A DNA stretch of 56,854 nucleotides. It comes from Perkinsus chesapeaki ATCC PRA-425 (lineage: Eukaryota; Protista; Perkinsozoa). A model generated the notes under the pieces. The model did no database searches and was not told where the DNA came from. It worked only from the letters and a program-made list of their open reading frames with translations. The stretch lies in contig JAAPAO010000184.1 in assembly GCA_013115145.1 (NCBI GenBank), forward strand, positions 1 to 56,854, written 5' to 3'. This document shows, in pieces, positions 1 to 12,610 of the stretch (the stretch's first letter is position 1; the number at the start of each line of letters is the position of its first letter). The translations under genes and the position numbers were made by a program.

Positions 1-387
1 CAAAAGGCAGATATACTGAAACCTACATAACTTATCATCATAGCTCGTCATGCCTAGTGGGCACACGACATCAGTAACCCAACACCGTCTTCTTTTGTGA
101 TAATAATGACAACAATGGAGGAAAAGGTAAAAATAGTTATTCTAGTTGACCATCTAATGTATGTACTTACTTCCCCTCCAACTACAATGGGAAGTGCAAG
201 TACGACAAAGAAAGTTAGTTTCCACGAACAACGACACTTCGGCCGGGGCCGAGAGGCTACGCGTCCCATGACTTCACGTCGCTACTGACAAATATCAAAT
301 GACATTTTAACGACTCTAATGACCAGATCAAGGGCAACCAATCGACGCCCGAGATCTAAAAGAGGCATTTCCTGGCGACGTGGTTGC

Positions 388-600
388 CTACATTGTACAG
401 GTACATTCAATGCTATGGTCTAGTACACAGGTGCCATGCGCGGGGGAGAGCTCGTTCACTTCGCAGAAGCGGAGTGGGCAGTCATCAGATTGGCATACCA
501 CATAGTCAGCAAGACAGCAATCCTCGAAGTACGACCACAATAAGAGAATCCAATAGATGATGCTATACATGTTAATAGTATAACTAAAACGGCCCTGCAT
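388..600 (-). CDS. Small secreted cysteine-rich peptide, defensin-like (likely start Met at 570)
   Basis: Hydrophobic N-terminus MYSIIYWILLLWSYFEDCCLA, then a 6-Cys domain CQSDDCPLRFC...HGTC...CTC with GxC and CxC motifs. Confidence 0.45.
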   Translation of the reverse strand: MQGRFSYTINMYSIIYWILLLWSYFEDCCLADYVVCQSDDCPLRFCEVNELSPAHGTCVLDHSIECTCTM

Positions 601-1209
601 TCATGACCTCTCACTGTGGACAATTCTGAGGACATAATATGCGTACATCAGTCGGACACGCTCGAAGGCTTTACACCTCCTCGGGTAGCAGAGGGTACAG
701 AGGAGAAGCTTCCATTTATTTATAGACCTTATAACACAATAGTCAGCCTTGAGAGTGTACTATAACAATGGAAGTCATACGCGCCGGGCCCAGAGTACTG
801 CGCTCTAGCTTTTATTTTGCACTCGCCCGTTAGCGCTACGTAAATTTTTTCGTTGGCGTTGTAGTCGATCCTTACTATCAGTAGACGATGGTCGACCCTG
901 TTAGTACTGCCGAAGGTGTAACAACGAAGTCGCGTTTAAAGCACCGGCAGCGCTCTGTACAAGAGGCAATGCTGAGATGCAACTAGCAGTAAAAACACAA
1001 AAACCCGCCAAATCTACCTTCGGCTCGGCGTCTCTTGTAACACTTAGTTTCGCCATTGCGTATGTATGAAGAACGGTGGATTCCGTGTGACAAGCTGACT
1101 CTTACCTTGGCTTCTACATACGAGTAAGTATACTGCAACATCTCTTTAACAAGCAACTTACGTTTGGGGCGTCTTTATATAAAGGCTCTTACTCTACTCG
1201 CTTAGCGAA

Positions 1210-2800
1210 TCAGTGGTGCGTGCTTACTTGGCTTATCCACGCCAAACGGCTTCTTTGAGAAGGGGTGCCCAACAGGGGTTCAAGTACTCGCAGGTGAACT
1301 TGCATGCAATACATCAGACACCTAGCTAAGATGACACGGAACACATGCGGAGTGCAACTTGATAGACCCGCTGGCCTATAGGCATATAGAACGGTTCAAA
1401 GCTGACGATTGAATGCAATCGGCTGTGGTTTTCTGTAAGTAGTGTCAACTTCGCCAGGTGGAAGCTACCTTACTAGTGTGCACCAAGACTAGGATCTGCC
1501 GATACCATTGTGGATGTTTACTCGTGGACGAAAGCACGAGGACTCGTGGACGAGTTCTGTCGAGCAAGCACTATGCGTCCATTACGGGCTCCTAGGGCCT
1601 CCATTAGGGTCTCTTGTGCGCATGAATGGGGATTTTGAAGATCCTTGAAGGCGTTCGAGGGCCATGCCACGAACGAAGTAAGGTTACGTAATGCTAGCAT
1701 TCCAAGGTTCGCACCGGGAGCCTCCCAGAGCCGACAGGCACACTCCGTGTAGTTTAGAAGCTGTGAAGGATGTGGCGTACTCGTAATTTGTAAATCGTAC
1801 TCTTGAGTATAGGATCTGAACCAATGTCTCTGAATCAGGGGTGAGTTGAATCCTGCATCGAACTAAGAGGGTGAGTTAAATCAGTGCCTTTGATTTCTGA
1901 ATCAGTGTGGAGATATTCTAGGCAATAGTACATCGCGGAGAAAGTCAGGTTTCCTGCACGCACGCACAAGTATGCCGATGCGAATTGCCTGCATTAATTC
2001 CATGCGGATTGAGTCTTCTTCGTAAAGTAGCCCATGACTTGTATAATTATAGCGTATGTAACACTTCATTCCCCTTAATTCTCACTTTACGAGGAGTATT
2101 CCCCAGATTCTGTGATCGATACCAGATCATGCGCATGCGTGCAGAGCGCGTCGCTTCCGTTTTCGTGCCGAGGGCTAGTTCTTTGCTAATTGCTACTTCT
2201 TTGAGTTGGTCCGCAAGGAACGCCTCCCTTCTCCTAACGAGTTGTCGCTGCCTTATAGGTACCGTAGGGGATCCCGTCCAGAGTGAGAGGCGGAGCTGAC
2301 CTTCTCATGTCCATATTTCCATGTTTTTGACTAGGAGCTCGCTTGTTCCCTTAAGTTCAAAGATGTTCCTAGGGATGTCCGAAATACATGTTAGCCTCTT
2401 TGGGCACTACATTCGATGAGAGTAACGCTCCCACCGGATGGGTATACCAGTGAAACCATTAGAACTCCGGACCAGTGAACTTGATGTCGTGTTGGCCTGA
2501 TTAAGGGGCGTCAGTACATGGTGAGGGGTATTGATCGAGGTCGATAACCAAGCGGAGGGATAGACGAACCCTCCCTAGTAGGAAGTCAGTTTTCTTAAAA
2601 GTTTCATCACGTGGTGCATTATCTCTACAGGGAGCCATAAAAGGGCATTAGATGTTCCCAGAAAGAATGCCTCTGAAATTCTCCTCACACATTAGCAACA
2701 CTTTTCGACCTTCGAGGAACGGATTTCTGTGAAGCTAGATGACGCCTTTTGGTGGTCTGAAATTTATCGATATCACTAAAGTCCATATTCCCTATCACAC
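1210..2800 (-). pseudogene. Degenerate mobile-element remnant, possibly tyrosine-recombinase-like
   Basis: Stop-interrupted frames; fragment SCTPHVFRVILARCL...LLG at 1336-1359 resembles the HxxR box of tyrosine recombinases; no intact ORF. Confidence 0.2.
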
Positions 2801-3002
2801 CGAAACGGGGAGCACTCGATCTAGTCATACCTATTCCCCGTCATTCCTATTTCTAGCTATAACTATTTCACTCCAACAGAGGGTGGTGATGGTGGTGGTG
2901 CAATGACATCACACGCCCCTACTGCAGCACCTCTAGCCTCCACAACCCGGTGGCCGGCTGCTTCCGCAAGATTCTCTCTGGTAGCTTCACCTTCCATCTC
3001 CC

Positions 3003-4400
3003 ATGCCCTCTGCAACTAAACCATTGACGAAGCTTAACAACGACATTGCTCGTGTGGTGGGTGATAGCAGTGATGATTCAGATGATTGGGTTACCGAGGA
3101 GGAACTGGAAGAGGTTCACGCTAGGTCCAAGGGGTCGCGAGGGAAGGGTAGAAAGACGACACCCAGTAGGAAAGTGAAGTGTAAGGAGGAGATATTGGCG
3201 ATTCGAGGGGTTAAGTTAGGTCCCAACAACAAGCGCCGGTCATCCAGGGAAGATGCTCAAGAGGCTGAGATGTTTATCAAGCTCATGAGTGCTATGTTAG
3301 AAGCTCAGGAAAAGGTAACCAGCAGCTGGGTTCAAAAGAGACAGATTTTGTGACACACAGGAGCGGGGATCTCGAGGCTCGCCGTCAACAGAGTCAGATC
3401 CGTCCAGAGGGTTCCCTAGAGGCGCCGATGACTACCTACCGTGGGATGATTCATTTATGATGGAGGACCCCTTTGATGACTATGATCCATTCGAGGATGA
3501 TGATATGATGTATGACGGTGGTGAGGATGATGATGATGATAGTGGAGCCAGCCCGAGGTAGGGGAAGAGACGGGCAAGAGAAGGACAGGCCTTCCTCAGA
3601 GACCTGGTCAATTGGCCAACGATGTGGTCTGTATTGGCGAACTCGCTTTCTATTCACGGTAGTAGCGTAGATGCATCGATCGATGGTCTTCTTATTAAGG
3701 GAGAGCTGGCAATGCAGACGTAAGCAAGTCCCTCCACTTGTTGAATTCCCATCACCCTTCCCATGTCCTCAGTTATAACTACTCCATGGCCCTGTCTTGT
3801 TCGGCTGCTGCTCAGTACTTGATAGCAGCCTCTGGACTCGGCTCGGAGGCCACACTCATACGAGCAAATGCTATCGAAATGATATCAGCGTACCGCAGCC
3901 CTATCTAGTGTCCTCTATTAGATGGTCCTCAGATACCAACTGGGTTCGAGATCGGCAGCGGTGAAGATAAGGGACCAGCTCATGGAAGGGTGTGATGATG
4001 GATAACTGCGGCGGCTTTACTATCAATGCTATACAGGTTTCCCGGTGACTCTATCAAGGAGGCTGGTATGATGTCAGAGTATCTTTTCAAGCGGTTCGCT
4101 GGTAGTAGCATGGTCGGGCTAGTGAGGGACTGGTCTTCTCCTGAGGATCGGAAAGCTGCAGCTGAACCACAGAAAAATGATATATCTGAGAGAGATTCGT
4201 GAAAATCCTTTTTGAGGACCTTCTAGTAGTGCGGTCTTCCAGTGTCGTATAGATGTTGCATGACGGGACCATTGGGGTTTAAAATATCAAGTGACCATCC
4301 CAAGGACTGTAGGTTACTACGCTGCTGTGGTATCCACCTATATGCTAGTGTGACACTGATAGATGACAGGTACGTGTGAGGTGTTGGAGATGATGCCACA
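3003..4400 (+). pseudogene. Decayed ORF region, possibly Gag-like retroelement remnant
   Basis: 116-aa acidic/basic ORF followed by stop-riddled frames with Cys/His-containing fragments; no clear intron structure. Confidence 0.2.
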
Positions 4401-4619
4401 GTTGATGGGGCTACTCAAGCAGGCAAGGGAGGAGAAGAAGGCTTCTAAAAGAGGAGGGAAAGGGAAAATTGTCGAAGTTGAATAATTAACGTCCGTCGAC
4501 ACGAGGACGACACAACAAGTAGATGTGTTTCAGCGTTGCCGTTTCAGAGTGTCTCATGGTCGCCATGTTGAGTTGGAAGTCGAGTCAGTAAAGTCTGAGT
4601 TCTCAGGAACTTATTTGTC

Positions 4620-6825
4620 ATGGCAGTTGCTGCTCAAAGTAACCGGGCCGAGGGTCGAACCTGCGCCTCATCATCGAGGCTTTCAACGGTTATTCGCTTT
4701 GCGGTGGTACCACTGCAGCTGGTAGTAGTATTCGCTACCTCTGTGGTGTTGGCCGTTTTCGTGAGGATATTCCCCAGACCGCAGGTGCTATCAATAGGGC
4801 TGCCCTTCACAGTACATTCGCCTTGTCATTGTCAGAAGCATGACTCCCCTACTTTAGCATATTTCTTTCATCCCGATTGCGCTTCTGGTGGAGGAGGAGA
4901 AAGGGTTCTATGGGCAGCCGTTCTGGGGCTGCTCAGGGCACACCGGAAGGGGGATATCGTTATATATACGGACGAGAAGAACAGTGTTGCCAGAGTGAGT
5001 AGAGGGTTCAGGCTCTCGCTAGTTTGTAGCCAGCTCTGTATGGGTGTCGCATGGTCAGGTGCTCCGAGGCGTATCGGAGAGGTTCGGCATTCGATTGCCT
5101 TCTGGCTCGTCTAAGAGGATCCGTTTCGTCCCTGTTCGTTTCACAAGGTTATTAAGAGTGGAGCCATGGCCTACATTAACAGTTGTTGGTAGTATAAGGG
5201 GTCCAATACAACTACGAGATAGACTAGAAGGGATATCTGCCGCCTACTGGCGTACAGAAGGACCACCATCTGAACACTGTATTTACTTCGGCGTCACGCG
5301 TCAATTTTTCCCGGAGTTTTACGCTGAAATTTTCAACATGCGCCTTCTCAATACGCGTATTGCATTTACGTGTGGATCACTCGAACCCGACTTCATAGCA
5401 CTTTTTCGGGCGGGTGCGTGAAATATTTCCCCGACTCCTGTAGTGGTAGTAGATGATCCTTTTCCTTATCATTAGGCCAGTCACTGGGGGCAGCTCTAGT
5501 GGCAATGACAGGGCTAGTCAATGAGAAACCAAAGCACGTCTTTGTTGATACTGTCGGACAGGTAGAGCAGCGGCAGCACTCCCCCCAAAACCGTGTACTT
5601 CCGCCTTCAGGCCTTTATGTTCCCTTTCGTCCGTCTAGCTTGCGGTTCGTCTGGTAAGATTGTTGCCTATGTTCATTATCCTACCATGAGCCACGACATG
5701 CTCGAACGTGTCCAAAGTGGCACCGCTATGTAACCTATCACTTATCCGCTTCTATCGGCTTCACCATTATATAGGTATAACAACTCCGCCACCGTAGCAT
5801 CCTCACCTCTGCTGACCAAGGCCAAGTCCTTCTATTACCGTGTCTTCCTGCAGGCCTATGGATTCGCTGGTCGCTTTGCGGACACGGTCATGACCAATTC
5901 GACGTGGACTGGTATGTTATTCAGCTTCCGCATGGTTGAAGTGTGTTACCTTAGATACTCGTATTAAGTCCATCTGGCATGTCCCCACAACTGTTGTATA
6001 TCCCCCTGCGGATCTCCGTAGAGGTAGCGGTGAGGGGCCTAGACGAGGCTCGGACTTGAGACCGCAGCTGGTTGTATCATTAAGTCAGTTCAGAAGGGAA
6101 AAGAACCAGGCATTACAGTTGGAGGCATTTGCTGAGGTCAGACGACGACGACGCCCACCTCTGGTAGTAGCGCACCATGGTTTCAGGTGTTGAAGCGGGT
6201 GCCTACGGCGAAGTTCACCATGATGGGTGCAGTGCGGCCGAATGTGGCGGACGATGCAGCCCTTGTCCAGGAATTGAAGAGCCGAGCTGTTAGGTAAGCG
6301 CCTTAACGTCGGAGATTGACCAATGCTTTGGACAGTTTGGGAATAGACGATAGCGTCACTTTCAAGATCAACGCTCCGTGGCCAGATGTCTCCGCGGAAC
6401 TCGGCCGTGCCAGGGTGAGTTGGGGCAGTTGGGAATGGATTTACATCGATGTGTTTAGGTAGCGATGCACACAATGAAGGACGAGCACTTCGGCATCGCC
6501 CTGCTGGAGTTCATGTCTGCCGGCTGCGTTGTTGTGGCCAACAACTCGGGAGGACCAAGAGACGATATCATCGGGACCGGACCGAACGCTGTTGGGTTCC
6601 TGGCGGATGATGCGGTGAGTTGTTGGGAAAAGTTTGGTATGACTTTGCTGCTCCTTGCAGGAAGGGTATGCTGCGGCGATTGTGAAGGTCCTGGAGGGAT
6701 GGTCGACACAGAAGATAACAGGTCTCCGTGATAAGGCCGCGAAAAAGTTGGACTCCTTCAACAACGACGCTGAATTCGGGGATGTGTTCGCAGCCAAACT
6801 GTCCGAGAGCGCTGCAGCTCATTGA
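4620..6825 (+). CDS. ALG11: GDP-Man:Man3GlcNAc2-PP-Dol alpha-1,2-mannosyltransferase (multi-exon)
   Basis: N-terminal TM segment; FFHPDCASGGGGERVLW; TMKDEHFGIALLEFMSAG...NSGGPRDDI (GT4 EX7E motif); stop at 6823-6825. Confidence 0.9.
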
Positions 6826-7129
6826 AGTTTTTATATCTTTGTTCAGAAAACGGCAATGTTGAGTTGTCATACATTTATTAAATACCTTCAAAATTACCTT
6901 CACCTTTTGAGTGCCCGACCAGCTCTGGCGTAGCGTAAACTTGAGCCATTCCCCGTAAGACAGAAAACCCCTTCCGCAAGGCAAGGTGCGCGGATTGAAA
7001 CCCCATAGTGGACGAGTTAGTCCTGCGCTGAGAAAAATGTCCGGCAGAGTGCGACCGCCGTCGTTCAGGTCTGATAGTGAGCCCATAACTCGAGTGCATC
7101 TATAAACTACTGGGGGCCTATAATGCCTC

Positions 7130-9884
7130 ATGAACTATATCGACACAACTTCACACGATTGCCGGCTCCTCGAAATCACCGTGTACGTTCGCCCGTACAA
7201 CACCGGAAAGAGGCTGTTGATGATGGATATCTGGTTTGCAGGACTTAGCCTATTTTTATCAGCATCCAAGATGCTCCCTAGAACATTACAATTCTTTAGG
7301 ACCACGAAGATGCCACCCTGCGCTTTTCTCGCATGGAATCTGGTAGCCTTGTAACGATGTAACGTTCAACGGATATACGCTTTATTAGGTATCAATGATG
7401 AGTATCTTTAGCAATATAGTTTTATCAACGTGGTTGGCAGCGTTCGAGCCGTATGCCTCCGTGATAGCAGGACCTCTATTCGATTCCCCGGCGGCCACAG
7501 CTGCCCTGGCATCTTCTGTGAGGATCATGCTCCAAGGCTACAAGTTCCCTCTATTCTATCTCAGCTCATTTGGCAGGTACTTAGTTGTTTATATATGATA
7601 GATGTTTATGTACTGTCAAAGACAGTAAGTGAAGTGTTTCATGACACCACTGAGGGGCTGGTAAGGACGGTCGTGCTGCTCATGGCAGTCGATATCACGC
7701 AGGTCCCCCCACCGTGTTTCCAACCCAGGATTGTTGATCACCTGAGCCTCATGTCCTTGCTCGGTCATCACAGGGAAAGCCTCTATCTGGCGCATGTGCT
7801 GTAGGTTGTCAATCATAGTCACATGGATGATCACGTAGTCTCAGAGTAGTCCTTCGTATCGGCCGCCTTGTACGATACGCGTCTTGGTGGGAACGAGTGC
7901 TCCTGCTAAATACCGATACTATCAGTCATAAGCCGATCAGAATGGGGCATTTATTTTTAAGTACGTTTAAGTGCCTCGACTTCCAATTCTCACCATCGTC
8001 ATAATCATCATCAGCCTATAGGTATGTTCTTTGCAGCTCACATGCTCGGATGTGGATGGTATCTTATTGCTAGATTGGAAGGTTACCCAGAAAACAACAA
8101 CGACTTCTTGCCTCCTCCACCATCGCGAACTAAGGACGAATCTTTAACCGTTCAGTTGCGACTGTTCCCCTTCACATGGCTAATCTTGCTCGCCGTAGGT
8201 ACTTCAAATGCCTGTTCTGGTCAATGTCCCTCATGGCTGGTAGCGAAATACACAAACCCAATACACCAGTTGAGTGAGAAGAAGCACGCAGGGAATACTG
8301 TCTCACGATATACTCAAACTACGTTCTCATTAGTGAGCGCCTAACACTCGAAGAGTTCCCCCTATTTTCACTAACTGTGTGCTCACCGTATAGACATGGT
8401 TCATCAGCACCCAGTGTAGGTATTTATTCATCTTCGGGAGCATTGGTGTTGGTATCAGCCTTTGGGCTACTATGGTCGGAGGACTATCGGCCATGCTCGA
8501 GTCTTCTAACCAAAGAGTAGATACCTTCAACTAGCTATAAGAACAAACCAAACAGGTGGACCAGTGGAGAACAGCCATGGCAGCTGCTCGCTCAATATCG
8601 GAAGAGTTCGACCTGTCAAAGTGTATGGCTCGAAGATTGAGGAGCTCGATGACTGCAACACTGCTGCTTGCTGATACACCGAACGAAAATGCGCAAGGTC
8701 CGGTTGAATTTTGACAAAAGTCAGCATTGTCATCCAATAGGTAGCCTCGCAATGGAGGCTATTGAGGCGTATCTACCAGAGTACCTTAAGAAGGAGCTCG
8801 CAGCAAGTGTACACAAAAAGCTCTTCGATAATGTCTCCATATTCAAAAACACAACTCCAGCATTCCTCGAGGCTCTGGCAAGGAGGCTCAGACCGCAGGT
8901 GTGCCTCGCTGGCGATTGCCTCATACGCGAAGGTGACATCGACAAAGAGATGTAAACAGGTTCCTCAGCACAAACTCAAACCCTTCCTCTTGAGGTACTT
9001 CGTACGCTCCGGCGAGCTACAAGTGATCGCATGGAACTCTGAGAAGGATCAGGAAATCGTTCTGCACACATTGCGTATCTTGCATCCAACGCTCATCTCT
9101 GAATGCCTAACAGGTCCGGGAAGCTTCTGTGGCGAATTAGCACTGGTCGCAGATGTGAAGCGCACAGCGACTGTTCGTGCCACTGTAATGGAACAGTCCG
9201 ATTCTGAAGCCTCCGGCTACTCCGCAGGTTCTGTCATGGTTACTTATGTTGACTGAAGAGGACATGAGGCTTGCACACGAGAGATTTCCGGACGACTTCT
9301 TGATCGTTCAAGATGTTGCCCGACTGCGATTGCAGGAGCACCGTCGAAAGACTGGTACATTACTGAATGCTCTCGTCCACTAGCATAACCTAAAAGTAGG
9401 CTACTCCGAGAAACTGAAGGCCGCAAAGCAGAAGTTGAGGCTCATCTCTGCTGGAGTAAATGGATAGGAGCCATTACCGATTTATGTCTTTGTTGCCTTT
9501 CAGAGAGTTTTGGCGCACAACGCGGCAACTAGGCGATTCCTCGGATTTAGTTCTGAAAGCAGCAGTGTTCCCGAGTCACCAGCGACTCCCCTAACACCGA
9601 CGGTGACACGGTCTAGACCGGTGAGAACTGAAATACGAAGTTCACCCCTCAACAGGGAACCGCTCCAGGAAAGAGAAACCCCCGAAGGCCACATATCGTC
9701 GCCCGATAGTAGCATAACCCAATTAACTCAAGTCACCCGTCGAAGCTACACCGATATTGAGGACCTCATCCTGGACCCTCTGGTGATTGTGAACCACCTG
9801 ACCACTACTGACCTTATGCGTTACATGGCAGGTTTCATTTGCTCGTACGCCTGCCAGCACGGCAAAATAAAATGGCTTACATGA
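7130..9884 (+). CDS. Cyclic-nucleotide-binding-domain cation channel (CNG/HCN/EAG-like), multi-exon; ends approximate
   Basis: C-linker/CNBD sequence LPEYLKKELAASVH...IREGDIDKEM|YFVRSGEL...GPGSFCGELALVADVKRTATVRAT, with upstream hydrophobic segments. Confidence 0.8.
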
Positions 9885-10520
9885 ATGCACTTACAATAAC
9901 AATAAATGTCATTGCAGCGTTTATACGAATCTGTTGGGTTAGAATTACAGTTTAGTACTCACGCCACTACAAATGAGTCCGTTAGTAACGAACCATTACC
10001 ACTGCCACTGTTGAGAAAGCATTATTGTTTGCCAAACATAAGCTAGTTCGAGTATGACAATGCTCTTATATAATAACTGTGTGTATCATCGGAACAGTAC
10101 GAAAGGCATATTGGTTCACTATTCCGCACAGCTGAATAGACTCACATTTTAAGCATATCCTGAGCATATGCTAACCTAAATCGAGTTGTGGAGTCTCACC
10201 AGTCCACTATAGGGGAGATAGTGATAAGAGGTTAGTTGCCTGGTACCCCTCGAGTTCTCTCGCTCAAGCAGTAACATGCCTCGCAGCTTTATAACGCGTA
10301 ACTTGACTTAAACTCAACGCGAATTCATACTCAAAGATGATATGGGTATTTGCGACCCCTATAGAAGTTTAGGCCTTGTTGGACTTGTACACTTTTCCGA
10401 CAACGTATCTAGTTTTGGCGTAACGTAACAGTTTTGGTAGTTACATGAGGGTCAGATAAAGAGTATCTCAGTCCACACCAACCTTTGATGATAGATACAA
10501 AAAGGCAGTAAGCCGACAAC

Positions 10521-10937
10521 CTAGATTAATAGACCAGGGGAGTGGTGTGTAGTATATACAGCGTTGCCTCCTTCAAGTATGAAGTGCAAAGTGTTGAAAC
10601 CCCTACCATTGCCTTCATGACGAATTTGAGTGAAAGTCAACTCCGAGAAGTCGGGAGCAGTCGGGGCAGAACCACCAGACCATTCGTACACCTCTAGCAT
10701 TTGCGTCGATTCCACTTCAGAAGTCACACGGTATTTACCAGCATAGATCACAGGTAGAGACCAACCTTCTCTGCGGAGAGTAAACTCCATATTGCAGCCA
10801 TTGATCTTCACGGCTAAGATGGTTGGCTCTTTCACCCCGGTTCTGTCAAACGGCTCATAGAAACTTGAGCGGATGCATTTACTGCCCACTCCAAAAGCGG
10901 ACATAATAACAGTTAGAATGGTGACGAGCGAGAGCAT
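10521..10937 (-). CDS. Lineage-specific secreted protein, 138 aa, intronless
   Basis: True ATG, signal-peptide-like MLSLVTILTVIMSAFG, uninterrupted ORF; no recognisable domain. Confidence 0.55.
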   Translation of the reverse strand: MLSLVTILTVIMSAFGVGSKCIRSSFYEPFDRTGVKEPTILAVKINGCNMEFTLRREGWSLPVIYAGKYRVTSEVESTQMLEVYEWSGGSAPTAPDFSELTFTQIRHEGNGRGFNTLHFILEGGNAVYTTHHSPGLLI

Positions 10938-11544
10938 ATGGGTCAGGTAGACGGCAAAAACTTAGAAAGGATGAGGAGTGATTAAAGAGTCACACTATTG
11001 AACACAGGAGTTAGATACCGGCAGTGTAAGCAACAGCCCTGCCGAGATGAAGCCCATTCTCGGATGCAAGCCCAACAGTCGATAAGAAGGATCAAATCGT
11101 GTATCACTTCAGCGAATCATCTTCCCTTAGGATGGAAGGCTGGAATTCCTCCGGGAACGACGCGACATGTGCAAGGGTATGCGTGCCCATCACCGGTAGC
11201 TGAAAGTTCGGGTTTGAAGGTAGTATCTCGTGCGTGATCAGTCATGGAGATGGGCTTTCATAGATAGCACGGCTGAGAGAAAAGTTAACCTGAAAGTCGT
11301 GAAAGAAATTTTGACCACCAGAAGCTGCTATGCATGCATCTTAGCTTTGGTGCAAGCGCCACTTTGCCTACTGCGAGATTGGGAGAGGCATCGCCTTAGT
11401 TAATCATCATGATCATCGGAATAGTGTTATACGAGTCCGGATACTGATCCAATATGTTGATTCTCTCGCGCTATGGACAACATCGTATGATAGGACAACA
11501 TCTGCCAGGTAACCGACCAAATTGTTGCGGGTAGCTATGCCTGT

Positions 11545-11626
11545 ACGCATGCGTCGGCTGGTGGCCCACCAGCCACCAGTGGTGGGGTGTTAGTAACAAC
11601 GTGTTACCCAGGACTCCTGGACCCAG
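11545..11626. repeat. Cluster of stacked short palindromes/hairpins
   Basis: acgcatgcgt; ggctggtgg-c-ccaccagcc; ccacca-g-tggtgg; gtaaca-acg-tgttac; ccagg-act-cctgg; cctgg-ac-ccagg. Confidence 0.8.
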
Positions 11627-12610
11627 GATTTGAGTTTCCCAGCTCCTCTTGCCCGTAGCGTGCCTTCCTAAGCGCTTCTGTGGCGTTTTGCGGTTACCCG
11701 CGGCGCCCTATCTAGGCTTCAACGCTCTCCTATTTGCTTCCCCTCGCGGTTTCGCCATTTGATATGTACGACGTACATTGCACGTTAATTGCGACGCCGC
11801 TGGCATACCAAACTTGTGAATATATCGAGGCTCTAGCCGAACCTCTCCATAATAGCTCCTATGTGGAAGTGTGCGCTTTTTGACTTGGTGGTTTCTAGGG
11901 CACATAATGCTCAGATAGTCTTATGTTTTGCGACACGCTCTACGATCTGATGCGTGCCAGGGGAAACCCACTTGTGGCCCAAAAACGGTTAATGGAATAC
12001 AACTTGACACGTACCGATGTGAGGAGGTATATAGAGGGTTTAACCAATACTCAACTCAACGACAACAATCGGCTTGTCCATTCGGATAATAGGCTACTAC
12101 TCATGCGTTCGCTAAATAGCTGAAGAAACGCCGAAGCCTCACCTAAATACACATTTTACTGTACAACCGCTTCAAAGAGGAGCATATCAACCGGCTGCTG
12201 CCCAAATGTCGACCATGCATATGAAGGTATATGATGCTGTAACAGAGGCGAGTAGACACTGGTTCACACTCATCGTAAAGTGCAGCTTCTATACCAATTA
12301 TAATGGTCGCATCGGACATCTCACCAGAAGACCTGACACAGTTTAACTTATCATCACATTTCCACACATACATGACGAAATAAGATTATGCACTCTGGAA
12401 TGGGAAGACTGGTCCACCATTAGTGTACTCCGCAGGCTGATGCCACGGCACCTACAAGTCCGAAAACACTACGCTAAATACGCTTTATCGAACGTACCAT
12501 CTGATGCCTTAATCGGCCGTCATGAAGGAGGTGAATATCGAAACCACGCGAGCATCTCTTCACCTTCGTCACGCCAAAACTAAGTGCTGACAAAAAAACA
12601 GACATACGAG

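Noticed and set aside
5181-5470. Unusually long ALG11 intron that might hold a MITE or Helitron
   Set aside because: No terminal inverted repeat, TSD or convincing hairpin-CTRR end could be identified
6940-6948. TGGCTCAAG (SL 3' end) on the minus strand
   Set aside because: Only 9 nt, the upstream SL bases do not match and it is not at an identifiable gene start; a match this short can arise by chance
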